Origin: Spirochaetales bacterium
GTDB lineage: Bacteria; Spirochaetota; Spirochaetia; JABEVK01
Reading direction: 5' to 3'
Assembly (NCBI GenBank): GCA_027451945.1
Contig: DAIDHT010000035.1
Span: 2,380 to 66,379 of the forward strand
Length of the DNA stretch: 64,000 nucleotides
Notes under the pieces: generated by a model
What the model saw: only the letters and a program-made list of their open reading frames with translations
Told to the model about the DNA's origin: nothing
Database searches by the model: none
Shown here: positions 9,537-17,287 of the stretch, piece after piece
How the letters are laid out: the number at the start of each line of letters is the position of its first letter
Position numbering within the stretch: position 1 is the first letter of the stretch
Made by a program: the position numbers and the translations under genes

Positions 9537-9565
9537 AGATTACTTTATTCCTTAATTCCTGTCAA
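9537..9565 (-). promoter_or_regulatory. candidate promoter TTGACA-N17-TAATCT for the small basic ORF
   Basis: Perfect -35 at 9565-9560. The -10 at 9542-9537 is weak (TAnnnT retained). Confidence 0.3.
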
Positions 9566-9617
9566 GGCTCGGTCGAACTTTGACGAACGACCGAGTGAGA
9601 CGAACTAGCGAACAAGC

Positions 9618-10631
9618 TTACATCTGGAAACGGGCGCCGATATCGGCACCTAAGTTGCCACTAGGAAAGCTATAGAGCGCTTTGACGTCAATTTTAAAGA
9701 ACACAATGTTGAACGAAAAGCCGCCGTAAATTCGCGCCCCCCAAATGTTGTTCGACAAAGCCGTGTATGACACCCCATTGCTGGTAAAGTTGGCACCGGT
9801 TAGGGAGTTGAGACTTGCTAGGTCCCCAGGAGTCAATGTTGAAGTTGTTGTACCATCGGTCCCCAAAATTGTTCCATTAAAGCCAGCTTCGGCGCGCATC
9901 TCACTCAAGTCTAAGGCGGCTCCGGCATAGGGGGTAACAATCAAAAGGTTCTTTGAAATTTCGGCCTTGAGTTCATAGGTGAGGTCTTTAAGCCCTAAAC
10001 TAGCTGTGGGTGATTTTAAGGTAACACCCGTGGCCCCATTAGAGGATGTAAAATTAGGAACATTGAAGGATCGATCAGGGAACGTATAGCTAACATCCGC
10101 CTGAATGTAGTTTACCCCAAAGCCCACGCTAAGCCCAGGAGTGATGCCATCCTGCAAGAGCGCATACCGCAGGTCGGCGCCGGCTAACAGGTAATCGACC
10201 CCCATATTGCTGACGGTAAGGGTGGGCATGTAGCCCAATTTGAAACCAATATCAAAGGGAAGAAGAAACCCACCGACGCGGCCATTGATAGTGTACATCG
10301 GAAGGGGAACCCCGCCTAAGGTTGTGGCATAAGTGGGTAGTTGTTGGCCCATGGCATCAAAAATGGGTTGAAGAGACCCGGTGGGAATGGTGGTAAAGCC
10401 AGCCGACAGACCAAGGCCAAAGTGCGGGGGGACGCCAACTAAGGAACCGATCCAGGAATCAGACCAATCCAGACCAAGGGCTGAAGCAGAGGGTAGAGCC
10501 GCGCCCGCCTTATCGGCAAGAGTCGAAATCGAACCGGTGAGGGTTGAAAAGTCAAATGATGCCGCAGAGAGTGTTGAGTTGCCGGCCAAAAGTACGGCTG
10601 TTAAAACGGCCAATGATCGCAGTCGTCGCAT
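9618..10631 (-). CDS. predicted outer-membrane beta-barrel protein (no family recognised)
   Basis: Signal peptide MRRLRSLAVLTAVLLAGNSTLSAAS. Gly/Ser/Thr-rich alternating pattern throughout. The C-terminus ...GADIGARFQM has an aromatic residue near the end. Strong AAGGAGGA Shine-Dalgarno. Confidence 0.65.
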   Translation of the reverse strand: MRRLRSLAVLTAVLLAGNSTLSAASFDFSTLTGSISTLADKAGAALPSASALGLDWSDSWIGSLVGVPPHFGLGLSAGFTTIPTGSLQPIFDAMGQQLPTYATTLGGVPLPMYTINGRVGGFLLPFDIGFKLGYMPTLTVSNMGVDYLLAGADLRYALLQDGITPGLSVGFGVNYIQADVSYTFPDRSFNVPNFTSSNGATGVTLKSPTASLGLKDLTYELKAEISKNLLIVTPYAGAALDLSEMRAEAGFNGTILGTDGTTTSTLTPGDLASLNSLTGANFTSNGVSYTALSNNIWGARIYGGFSFNIVFFKIDVKALYSFPSGNLGADIGARFQM

Positions 10632-10688
10632 AGGTTCCTCCTTGATGACGTGTTAAGTCTAACCTAAAGTCGTGAGCATTTCCGCATG

Positions 10689-10718
10689 AACCTAACTTTT
10701 TCCGAGTATTTTCGTCAA
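10689..10718 (-). promoter_or_regulatory. candidate promoter TTGACG-N18-TAGGTT for the OMP gene
   Basis: Minus-strand hexamers at 10718-10713 and 10694-10689. The same TAGGTT hexamer recurs in front of tex and pth. Confidence 0.4.
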
Positions 10719-10727
10719 TTGCATGCT

Positions 10728-11363
10728 TCAATTGCAGATGTTAAAAAATGATTGGCGAGTCCCTAAGAGCTTTTGTAGCTTTTGATCGAGCCTAAGCCGG
10801 TTCAAAAGCATCACCAAACTCTGGTAGCCCCGTTCTAAACGTGCTCGGGTTGAGGTCATCTCGAGCACCATCTGTTGAAGCGACAAGGGGTACATGTTGA
10901 TCTCGGCTAAAAAAAACGAAAAGCTAAAGGGAGTGTAGTTCTCAAAGAGGGCGGTATCAGAAAGTTTTCCCGTCAATTGTGCGTATTCTTTGAGCGATGA
11001 CTTTACCAGGGTAAAGAGGTCGGCAACCTCCTCCTCGGGTTCCACTTCCCAAAAGCGAACATCGGCACTAAGGTAAGGCCCTGTCTCAATTAAATTATGA
11101 ATTGTAAAACGATCTTTCCCCAAGGTCAGAATGTTCATCCGCCCATCCTCAAAGGTCTGTAGAACATTTTCAATTCGGGCAGAGGTTCCTACTTTTACTA
11201 CACCCCCGCCCAAAACCAAAACAACACCAAAATCTGTGCCGTTATCGAGACACTCGCGAATCATATGTTTGTAGCGGGGCTCAAAAACATGAAGCGGCAA
11301 AGGCATGTTGGGAAAGAGAACCGTATTCAACGGGAATAAAGGAAGGCGGGCAAGGTCGCTCAT
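10728..11363 (-). CDS. LON N-terminal (substrate-binding) domain protein
   Basis: MSDLARLPLFPLNTVLFPNMPLPLHVFEPRYKHM is the Lon N-domain signature. The ORF-track N-terminal extension to 11690 overlaps ahpC and was trimmed to ATG 11363. Confidence 0.8.
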   Translation of the reverse strand: MSDLARLPLFPLNTVLFPNMPLPLHVFEPRYKHMIRECLDNGTDFGVVLVLGGGVVKVGTSARIENVLQTFEDGRMNILTLGKDRFTIHNLIETGPYLSADVRFWEVEPEEEVADLFTLVKSSLKEYAQLTGKLSDTALFENYTPFSFSFFLAEINMYPLSLQQMVLEMTSTRARLERGYQSLVMLLNRLRLDQKLQKLLGTRQSFFNICN

Positions 11364-11369
11364 GACCAC

Positions 11370-11398
11370 AATATAATCAAATGAACGGCAGTTGACAG
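11370..11398 (-). promoter_or_regulatory. candidate promoter CTGTCA-N17-TATATT, 6 nt upstream of ATG 11363 (leaderless candidate)
   Basis: Hexamers read on the minus strand. No Shine-Dalgarno precedes ATG 11363. Confidence 0.35.
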
Positions 11399-11405
11399 CA
11401 AAAGG

Positions 11406-11434
11406 TTGACATCTGGGAAATCTCTTATGATTAT
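11406..11434 (+). promoter_or_regulatory. candidate ahpC promoter TTGACA-N17-GATTAT
   Basis: Perfect -35 at 11406-11411 and -10 at 11429-11434. The leader carries a CAGGAGGA Shine-Dalgarno (11451-11458). Confidence 0.35.
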
Positions 11435-11439
11435 TGGAA
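11425..11439 (+). promoter_or_regulatory. Fur/PerR-type 7-1-7 inverted repeat-like site TTATGAT-T-ATTGGAA
   Basis: 11 of 14 positions match TTATAAT-N-ATTATAA. The site overlaps the predicted -10 of ahpC. Confidence 0.3.
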
Positions 11440-11462
11440 TGTTTCTTACTCAGGAGGATTTT

Positions 11463-12023
11463 ATGGTACGTTTGAATCAGAAAGTGGAAGATTTCACTTT
11501 GACAGCATTTTACAAAGGGGAGTTTAACCCCGTAAAATTGTCCGACTACCGGGGAAAGTGGGTGGTTGTTTTCTTTTATCCCGCAGATTTTACCTTTGTT
11601 TGCCCCACCGAACTGGGCGATATGGCGGATCACTATGCCGAGTTTGTTAAAGAAGGCGCTGAGATTCTTTCTGTCAGTACCGATACACACTTTTCACATT
11701 TTGCGTGGCACGGATCTTCTCCCACCATCGGAAAAATTCAGTTCCCTATGCTAGCAGACCCCACGGGCAATGTGACCCGTCAGTTTGGTGTCTACATTGA
11801 AGAAGAAGGACTTGCTTACCGGGGTACGTTCATTATTGATCCTGACGGCGTGCTTAAGACCATGGAAGTGCACGACAATGGAATTGGTCGCGCCGCGAAA
11901 GAAACCTTACGCAAGCTCAAAGCCGCAAAATTTGTTCGTGAGCATGGCGAGGTTTGTCCTGCCAACTGGGAACCTGGTCAAAAAACTCTTCAACCCGGAA
12001 TTGCTCTTGTTGGCAAAATTTAA
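11463..12023 (+). CDS. ahpC: typical 2-Cys peroxiredoxin AhpC
   Basis: 186 aa. FFYPADFTFVCPTELGD (peroxidatic Cys), EVCPANW (resolving Cys), and a C-terminus LVGKI as I recall for E. coli AhpC. The ATG at 11463 has a Shine-Dalgarno. Confidence 0.9.
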   Translation: MVRLNQKVEDFTLTAFYKGEFNPVKLSDYRGKWVVVFFYPADFTFVCPTELGDMADHYAEFVKEGAEILSVSTDTHFSHFAWHGSSPTIGKIQFPMLADPTGNVTRQFGVYIEEEGLAYRGTFIIDPDGVLKTMEVHDNGIGRAAKETLRKLKAAKFVREHGEVCPANWEPGQKTLQPGIALVGKI

Positions 12024-12038
12024 AGTTGGCAAGTTTGT

Positions 12039-12332
12039 ATGATTAAACACGTAGTGTTTTTTCAATTTCACCCCGAGCACCATGCGCAACGGCAAGAAGC
12101 GGTCAACCAAATTTTGTCGATGAAGGGAAAAATTCCTGGTCTGGTGGATTTGACGGCGGGAGTAGATTTCAAGCACTCGTCGCGCTCTTGGGATGTTGCC
12201 TTGATAGCAACCCTCACTGACCAAACAGCCCTTGAGGTTTATGACCAGCATCCAGTTCATCAACCGGTTAAAAGTTTTCTTAAGCCCTTGTATTCGCAGG
12301 CCGCTTCGGTGGACTTTGAAGAGGAAATTTGA
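12039..12332 (+). CDS. Dabb (stress-responsive dimeric alpha/beta barrel) family protein
   Basis: 97 aa. MIKHVVFFQF...L.G.ID...G and overall size are typical of Dabb domains. Confidence 0.75.
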   Translation: MIKHVVFFQFHPEHHAQRQEAVNQILSMKGKIPGLVDLTAGVDFKHSSRSWDVALIATLTDQTALEVYDQHPVHQPVKSFLKPLYSQAASVDFEEEI

Positions 12333-12356
12333 GGAACAAAAAACCTCACTAGCTCA

Positions 12357-13106
12357 CTAACGGAGCTCTTGCTCCGTCAGCGTACCCTGGGGAGGCGATA
12401 ACCCCGGTTCAGGTGTCCAGAGCGCTCGGGCACCGAACCGGACTGTCCCTTTCCAGGTTTTTACATGAGTCACCTCGACCAGGGAACTATTTTCAAGATT
12501 AACTATGAGTGTGCCAATGGTAGCCGCTTTGAGGTCAGAAACACCCTGGTCGCGGCTTGAAAGAGTTATAGCGTCGATTTTTCCCTGAACCCCCAAAGTC
12601 GAGCGCCAATCTACTTGGGCGTGAAGAACGGGCCCTGAATAGTGTAAGGTTAGGTGCGAGTTTTCGGTCACGATAAGCCGGGGAAAAGTCCCCTTCCATG
12701 TCATTTCGCCACGAGACTGGCCGCTGATGGTTAGTTGACTAAAGGGGGGAACAAGGATTACCGCTTCGGCAAATCCTTGTTCACGAGGGCCTTCGAGACC
12801 AGAATCAACGGCAACAGTTCCATAGCCAAAAAAGGTATTCACTGTCACTTGATCCATGACTGCACGGTTGGTTTTGATAACAACGCGAAATTCTGGTCCT
12901 TGTTTCAGGGTAAAATGAAGTTGCCCACGAATAGTGAGGGTATGGGGCGCCTCGGCGTGAAAGACCTGCGTAATAATCTGGGAGGGATCCTCGCTTGTAC
13001 CGAGACCGAAAAGAGGCGATGGCCAGCCAAAGCCCAAGCCAACGCTTAGCAAAATCAGAAAAAAGTCCCGCTTTCGGAAAGCTCCCACTAAGCTTTTGAG
13101 GGTCAT
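12357..13106 (-). CDS. membrane-anchored hypothetical protein (possible beta-helix / DUF2807-like)
   Basis: The ATG at 13106 forms an ATGA overlap with the queG stop. N-terminal TM segment FFLILLSVGLGFGW. The body is repetitive and beta-rich. No catalytic motif recognised. Confidence 0.65.
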   Translation of the reverse strand: MTLKSLVGAFRKRDFFLILLSVGLGFGWPSPLFGLGTSEDPSQIITQVFHAEAPHTLTIRGQLHFTLKQGPEFRVVIKTNRAVMDQVTVNTFFGYGTVAVDSGLEGPREQGFAEAVILVPPFSQLTISGQSRGEMTWKGTFPRLIVTENSHLTLHYSGPVLHAQVDWRSTLGVQGKIDAITLSSRDQGVSDLKAATIGTLIVNLENSSLVEVTHVKTWKGTVRFGARALWTPEPGLSPPQGTLTEQELR

Positions 13107-14092
13107 TGTTCTGACTCCAGGAGTTGTATTGCCCACAAAGCAGACTCGGCAACAACAGGATCAGGATCGGAGTTTAACTTTTTCAGTTGAGGGAGCAGAT
13201 CAAAGCGTCTGAGGTTCCCCGCTACCAAGCACGCATTTCGACGTAAGCCAGAAAAGCCCGCACGATGGAGGGGGGAGCCACCCCACTGGCGGGTAAAAGC
13301 CTCTTCGGAGGGAATTTCTAACACGCTAGCAAGATCAACCCAAGGACCGGCCTTCCAAGCAAGAAACTCAGGTTCGGTAGTGTTGGCTACCCCATGGTTA
13401 AACGGACAAACGTCTTGGCAATCATCACAGCCAAAAATTCTATCGCCAAGTTGTGAGCGCAACGAAAGCGGAATTGAACCTTTGTGCTCAATGGTCAAGT
13501 AGGCAATACACCGCCTCGCATCCAGACCCTGTTCAGAAAGGGCCCCTGTAGGACAGCTTTGCCAGCAGCGACGACATGAAGAAGGACATTGACGATGGGC
13601 GGCTTGAGGGCGCTTTGTCGGCGCAAAAGCACGTGATGATAAAATCTCACCCAAAAAAAACCAACTTCCCCAGGAATCGGTGATGGCAAGGCGATTTCGA
13701 CCGGTAAAGGAAATTCCTGCTTTTTCAGCCCAAAATCTCTCATCAAGCGGGGACGTGTCGGTAAAAGCGCGAAAATGCTCGACCGGGAAGTGCTGACTCA
13801 AAGAGTGAGCTACTGCCTGGAGTTTTTTTAAAAAGACTTTGTGGTAGTCGCGACCCCAAGCGTAACGAGCGACACGACCTTGTTTTTGTGGCGAAGGAGG
13901 CGTTTGTGCGTAAGGAAGTGCCGCAATCAAGACAGCCTGAACGGTTGGTTCAAGAGCTTGCGGGTCGTATTTAAAAAGCTCATGACGCTCCATCCACGTC
14001 ATAGACGCGTGCCAACCAGCTGACAACCACCCATGGTAGCGTTTCTGGGCCTCTTCGGTAGAACTATCTTGAGACGGTGCCGCCACACCCAA
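13103..14092 (-). CDS. queG: epoxyqueuosine reductase QueG
   Basis: CPSSCRRCWQSCPTGAL, CIAYLTIEHKGSIP and FGCDDCQDVCPFN (two 4Fe-4S motifs). The start is uncertain (TTG 14092; see findings). Confidence 0.85.
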   Translation of the reverse strand: MGVAAPSQDSSTEEAQKRYHGWLSAGWHASMTWMERHELFKYDPQALEPTVQAVLIAALPYAQTPPSPQKQGRVARYAWGRDYHKVFLKKLQAVAHSLSQHFPVEHFRAFTDTSPLDERFWAEKAGISFTGRNRLAITDSWGSWFFLGEILSSRAFAPTKRPQAAHRQCPSSCRRCWQSCPTGALSEQGLDARRCIAYLTIEHKGSIPLSLRSQLGDRIFGCDDCQDVCPFNHGVANTTEPEFLAWKAGPWVDLASVLEIPSEEAFTRQWGGSPLHRAGFSGLRRNACLVAGNLRRFDLLPQLKKLNSDPDPVVAESALWAIQLLESEQ

Positions 14093-14179
14093 GAGGGCTA
14101 ACCCCTCTTGGGCAAATAGCGGCGGCAGAAGAGGATCAACCGCCGGCTGAAATGGAAGCGGCTTCAGACAGTTCCCCGC

Positions 14180-15916
14180 TTAGCGGCCGAAACTACGACC
14201 GCGGGGTTTACGAGGAGCTGGTGCTCCTTGTTCATCAGGACGTGCTATTTTGATGAGCGGTTTGCCCTGACGTCCTTGTGAATGGAAGGCTTGAACTAAG
14301 GCTTCTGCATCCCGAAAAGAAACCGTGGCAAAAGAGAATTCTTCAAGAACGGCGGCATCGTCAATAAACCGAGCGGGAACTCCGCCTTTGGTTTCAAGAA
14401 GTTCAACAAGCTTTTTCGGAGAAAGCCCATCGCGTCGACCCAAGGCTATAAAAAGCCGAGCTTTGCCGCGAGGTCCTTCGCTACGATTGTCAGCACGGCT
14501 TGAAACTCCCCGGTCAAAGGAACCCCGGTCAAAGCCTTGACCTCGTTCAAAGCGTGGCTCTCCCCGCATGTCTTTTTTAGGCCGTTCAAACAGATCTCGT
14601 ACCGGAGCGTATGAAGCTTCATCAAAATCTTCCGAGGCGAAACGTTGAAGCACCGCAGCTAGCACCGATTTCGCATCTCGCTCTTTCAAGAGGTCTTCAG
14701 CGAGTTCTTCCAGTAGGGGCAGTGGTTCCTGGGCAAGACTTTCTTCCAGCTGATGGACTAAACGATCTTTTTTCAAGGCAATAATTTCATTTATAGCGGG
14801 AACGCGTTCCTTGCGGATACGAGTTTTAGAAACACGTTCAATGAAGGCAAGTTTGCGATATTCCTCGGGCGAAACAAATGTAACGGCAGTTCCTTCGCGG
14901 CCGGCTCGACCTGTACGCCCAATCCGGTGGACATAGGCTTCGGGATCTTGGGGAAGGCTGTAGTTAATGACATGCGTCATTCCTTCGACATCAATGCCAC
15001 GAGCGGCAACGTCGGTGGCACAGAGAACGTTGATACGACGAGATTTAAATTTTTTCAGAACGGTTTCTCGTTGACTTTGAGAAAGGTCGCCATGGATCCC
15101 TTCGGCGCCATAACCTCGATCTGCTAGCTTGCGAGCTAAATCGTCGGTTTGAATCTTGGTACGGCAAAAGATCATCCCAAAGAATTCGTCTTCTAGGTCA
15201 AGGATTCGGCATAACGCTTCGAACTTGTCACTTTCGGTGACTTCAAAATAAATCTGCTCGGTAAGGCTAGTGGTTAATTGAGGACTTTTGACCGCCAACA
15301 GTTCAGGGTTTTTCATGTTGGTTTCAGCGATTTGGCGGATGCGATCAGGCATTGTCGCCGAAAACAACAGCATACGGCGATCGGGATTAATTTGACTCAG
15401 TAATTTTTCAATGTCATCCTGAAAGCCCATATCGAGCATTTCATCGGCTTCGTCAAGAATAAGGTACGAGGCTTGGTCAAGCTTAAGGCTACCTCTTTCA
15501 AGGTGGTCAAGAATTCGTCCTGGGGTTCCGACCAAAATATCTACGCCTTGTTTAAGGCGACGAAACTGCTCGCTATAGGCTTGCCCGCCGTAGACAGGAG
15601 CAACAGATAGACGGGGATTGCCTCGCAAGGAGACAATTTCTTCACAGACCTGTACGGCCAATTCACGGGTGGGTGCCAGAACAAGGGCTTGTACATGCCC
15701 GGCACCGGGAACTAAACGTTCAATCAGCGGAAGGGCGAAAGCTGCGGTTTTTCCTGTTCCAGTTTGCGCTTGACCAATCAGGTCACGCTCACCGCGAAGA
15801 AGAGCAGGAATTACCAGGGCTTGAATAGGGGTAGGTTCCTCAAAGCCTTTGCGAGAAAGGGCTTCGAGGATCGGGGGACTGAGGCCGAGATCGGCGAATG
15901 TCGTTGGGATATCCAT
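14180..15916 (-). CDS. DEAD-box ATP-dependent RNA helicase with C-terminal DbpA-like/RG-rich tail
   Basis: FEEPTPIQ (Q motif), AQTGTGKT, DEADEM, SAT, HRIGRTGRAG. Confidence 0.92.
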   Translation of the reverse strand: MDIPTTFADLGLSPPILEALSRKGFEEPTPIQALVIPALLRGERDLIGQAQTGTGKTAAFALPLIERLVPGAGHVQALVLAPTRELAVQVCEEIVSLRGNPRLSVAPVYGGQAYSEQFRRLKQGVDILVGTPGRILDHLERGSLKLDQASYLILDEADEMLDMGFQDDIEKLLSQINPDRRMLLFSATMPDRIRQIAETNMKNPELLAVKSPQLTTSLTEQIYFEVTESDKFEALCRILDLEDEFFGMIFCRTKIQTDDLARKLADRGYGAEGIHGDLSQSQRETVLKKFKSRRINVLCATDVAARGIDVEGMTHVINYSLPQDPEAYVHRIGRTGRAGREGTAVTFVSPEEYRKLAFIERVSKTRIRKERVPAINEIIALKKDRLVHQLEESLAQEPLPLLEELAEDLLKERDAKSVLAAVLQRFASEDFDEASYAPVRDLFERPKKDMRGEPRFERGQGFDRGSFDRGVSSRADNRSEGPRGKARLFIALGRRDGLSPKKLVELLETKGGVPARFIDDAAVLEEFSFATVSFRDAEALVQAFHSQGRQGKPLIKIARPDEQGAPAPRKPRGRSFGR

Positions 15917-15977
15917 AAATTATTCACAGAATACAAGATATTGCGAATAATTGAAAGGGGGGGCAACGAGTCAGGAT

Positions 15978-16007
15978 TTGACGTGATAGGGCTGGACGTC
16001 GTAAACT
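15978..16007 (+). promoter_or_regulatory. promoter TTGACG-N18-TAAACT, 6 nt upstream of ATG 16014 (leaderless candidate)
   Basis: Hexamers at 15978-15983 and 16002-16007. Confidence 0.45.
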
Positions 16008-16013
16008 AGGGCT

Positions 16014-17240
16014 ATGACGGTTAGCGACAGCGATAAACTCAAGCTTTTAATTGATCTCGATGCGGATATAAACAAGATTCAGGACGTGGATATTCTTCTC
16101 GAAGAAATTCTGCACGGTGCTCGTCAGGCTGCTGCCGCTGATGCTGGTTCCATCTACCTTGTCGAAGACGGCCGTTTACACATCCGGTACTCACAAAACG
16201 AAACCTTGCAACGGCGTTTACCTGAGGGCCAGAAACTGGCTTACAGCATCTTTTCGATACCTATAAACAATCAAACCATTGCCGGGTATGTCGCCTCGTC
16301 CGGTGAGTTACTCAATATTCCCGATGCCTATTCGTTAAGTCCTGATTTACCGTTTCACTTTGACCCTAAATATGACGTAATGACAGAATATCGCACGGTT
16401 TCAATGTTAACTTTGCCACTAAAAGTTAATACCGGACAAGTCATCGGGGTTATTCAAATCATCAATGCTAAGAATCCCGACGGTTTGATCAGAGCTTTTT
16501 CGCCCGATGATGAACTCCTTGTGCTTCATTATGCGGGGTCAGCCACCATGGCTCTTCAGCGGGCCCAGTTAACGCGTACGATCATCTTAAGAATGATCAA
16601 AATGGCAGAGTTTCGAGATCCCAAAGAAACAGGCCCGCATGTCAACCGGGTTGCTGGCTATGCCACGGAACTCTACCGTCGTTGGGCCGTCAAAAAAGGG
16701 CAACCTCCAGAAAAAATTAATCGCACGGCAGATATTTTTAAAATGGCAGCCATGCTTCACGATGTGGGTAAAGTAGGAATTTCTGACTTGATTCTAAAAA
16801 AACCAGCAAAATTTACCCCTGAAGAATACCAAATTATGCAAACGCATACAGTTTTGGGAGCAAGTTTGTTCTTGGATCGTCAATCGGAGTTCGATGCCAT
16901 GGCAGCCGAAGTTGCTATGACACACCACGAAAACTGGGATGGTACAGGGTATCCTGGCTGGGTAGATCCTTTAACAGGCCAGCCGACCAAAACGGATGAA
17001 GAAGGTAAGCCACTCAAACGTAAGGGGGAAGAAATTCCTATTTGGGGGCGAATCGTTGCTGTGGCCGATGTTTATGACGCCTTAAGTTGTCGTAGAGTCT
17101 ACAAAGAGGCCTGGGACGAAAAAGATGTCTTGGAAGAAATGCGAAAAATGTCCGCGATCAAATTTGATCCGGAGTTAATCGAGGTGTTTTTTGAAGCCTT
17201 ACCGGCTATCAAGCAAATAACACAACGGTACCCCGATTAG
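16014..17240 (+). CDS. GAF domain - HD-GYP domain c-di-GMP phosphodiesterase
   Basis: N-terminal GAF-like region (AAADAGSIYLVEDGRL). HDVGKVGI and HHENWDGTGYP motifs. Confidence 0.85.
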   Translation: MTVSDSDKLKLLIDLDADINKIQDVDILLEEILHGARQAAAADAGSIYLVEDGRLHIRYSQNETLQRRLPEGQKLAYSIFSIPINNQTIAGYVASSGELLNIPDAYSLSPDLPFHFDPKYDVMTEYRTVSMLTLPLKVNTGQVIGVIQIINAKNPDGLIRAFSPDDELLVLHYAGSATMALQRAQLTRTIILRMIKMAEFRDPKETGPHVNRVAGYATELYRRWAVKKGQPPEKINRTADIFKMAAMLHDVGKVGISDLILKKPAKFTPEEYQIMQTHTVLGASLFLDRQSEFDAMAAEVAMTHHENWDGTGYPGWVDPLTGQPTKTDEEGKPLKRKGEEIPIWGRIVAVADVYDALSCRRVYKEAWDEKDVLEEMRKMSAIKFDPELIEVFFEALPAIKQITQRYPD

Positions 17241-17287
17241 CCCTCGGTTTGACTCCCTATGGTTGTAATTCAGAAGATCGCTGTCAA

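Noticed and set aside
9346-9555. 69-aa plus-strand ORF from the ORF track
   Set aside because: It starts inside the terminator hairpin, lacks a Shine-Dalgarno and has an unremarkable composition. The opposite strand carries a far better supported small ORF with promoter, Shine-Dalgarno and terminator.
9568-9595. Perfect 8-bp hairpin CTCGGTCG-N12-CGACCGAG, 23 nt downstream of the OMP gene stop, considered as an intrinsic terminator
   Set aside because: No U-tract follows it on the minus strand, and the TTGACA of the next promoter follows immediately. It may be an mRNA-stabilising or Rho-assisted element, but I cannot call it a canonical terminator.
11364-11690. N-terminal extension of the Lon-N-domain ORF (320-aa version), and the 11406 start of the peroxiredoxin ORF
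   Set aside because: The extensions overlap each other on opposite strands and add non-homologous sequence. Conserved N-termini begin at ATG 11363 (MSDLARLPLFPL) and at ATG 11463 (MVRLNQKVEDF), which has a Shine-Dalgarno.
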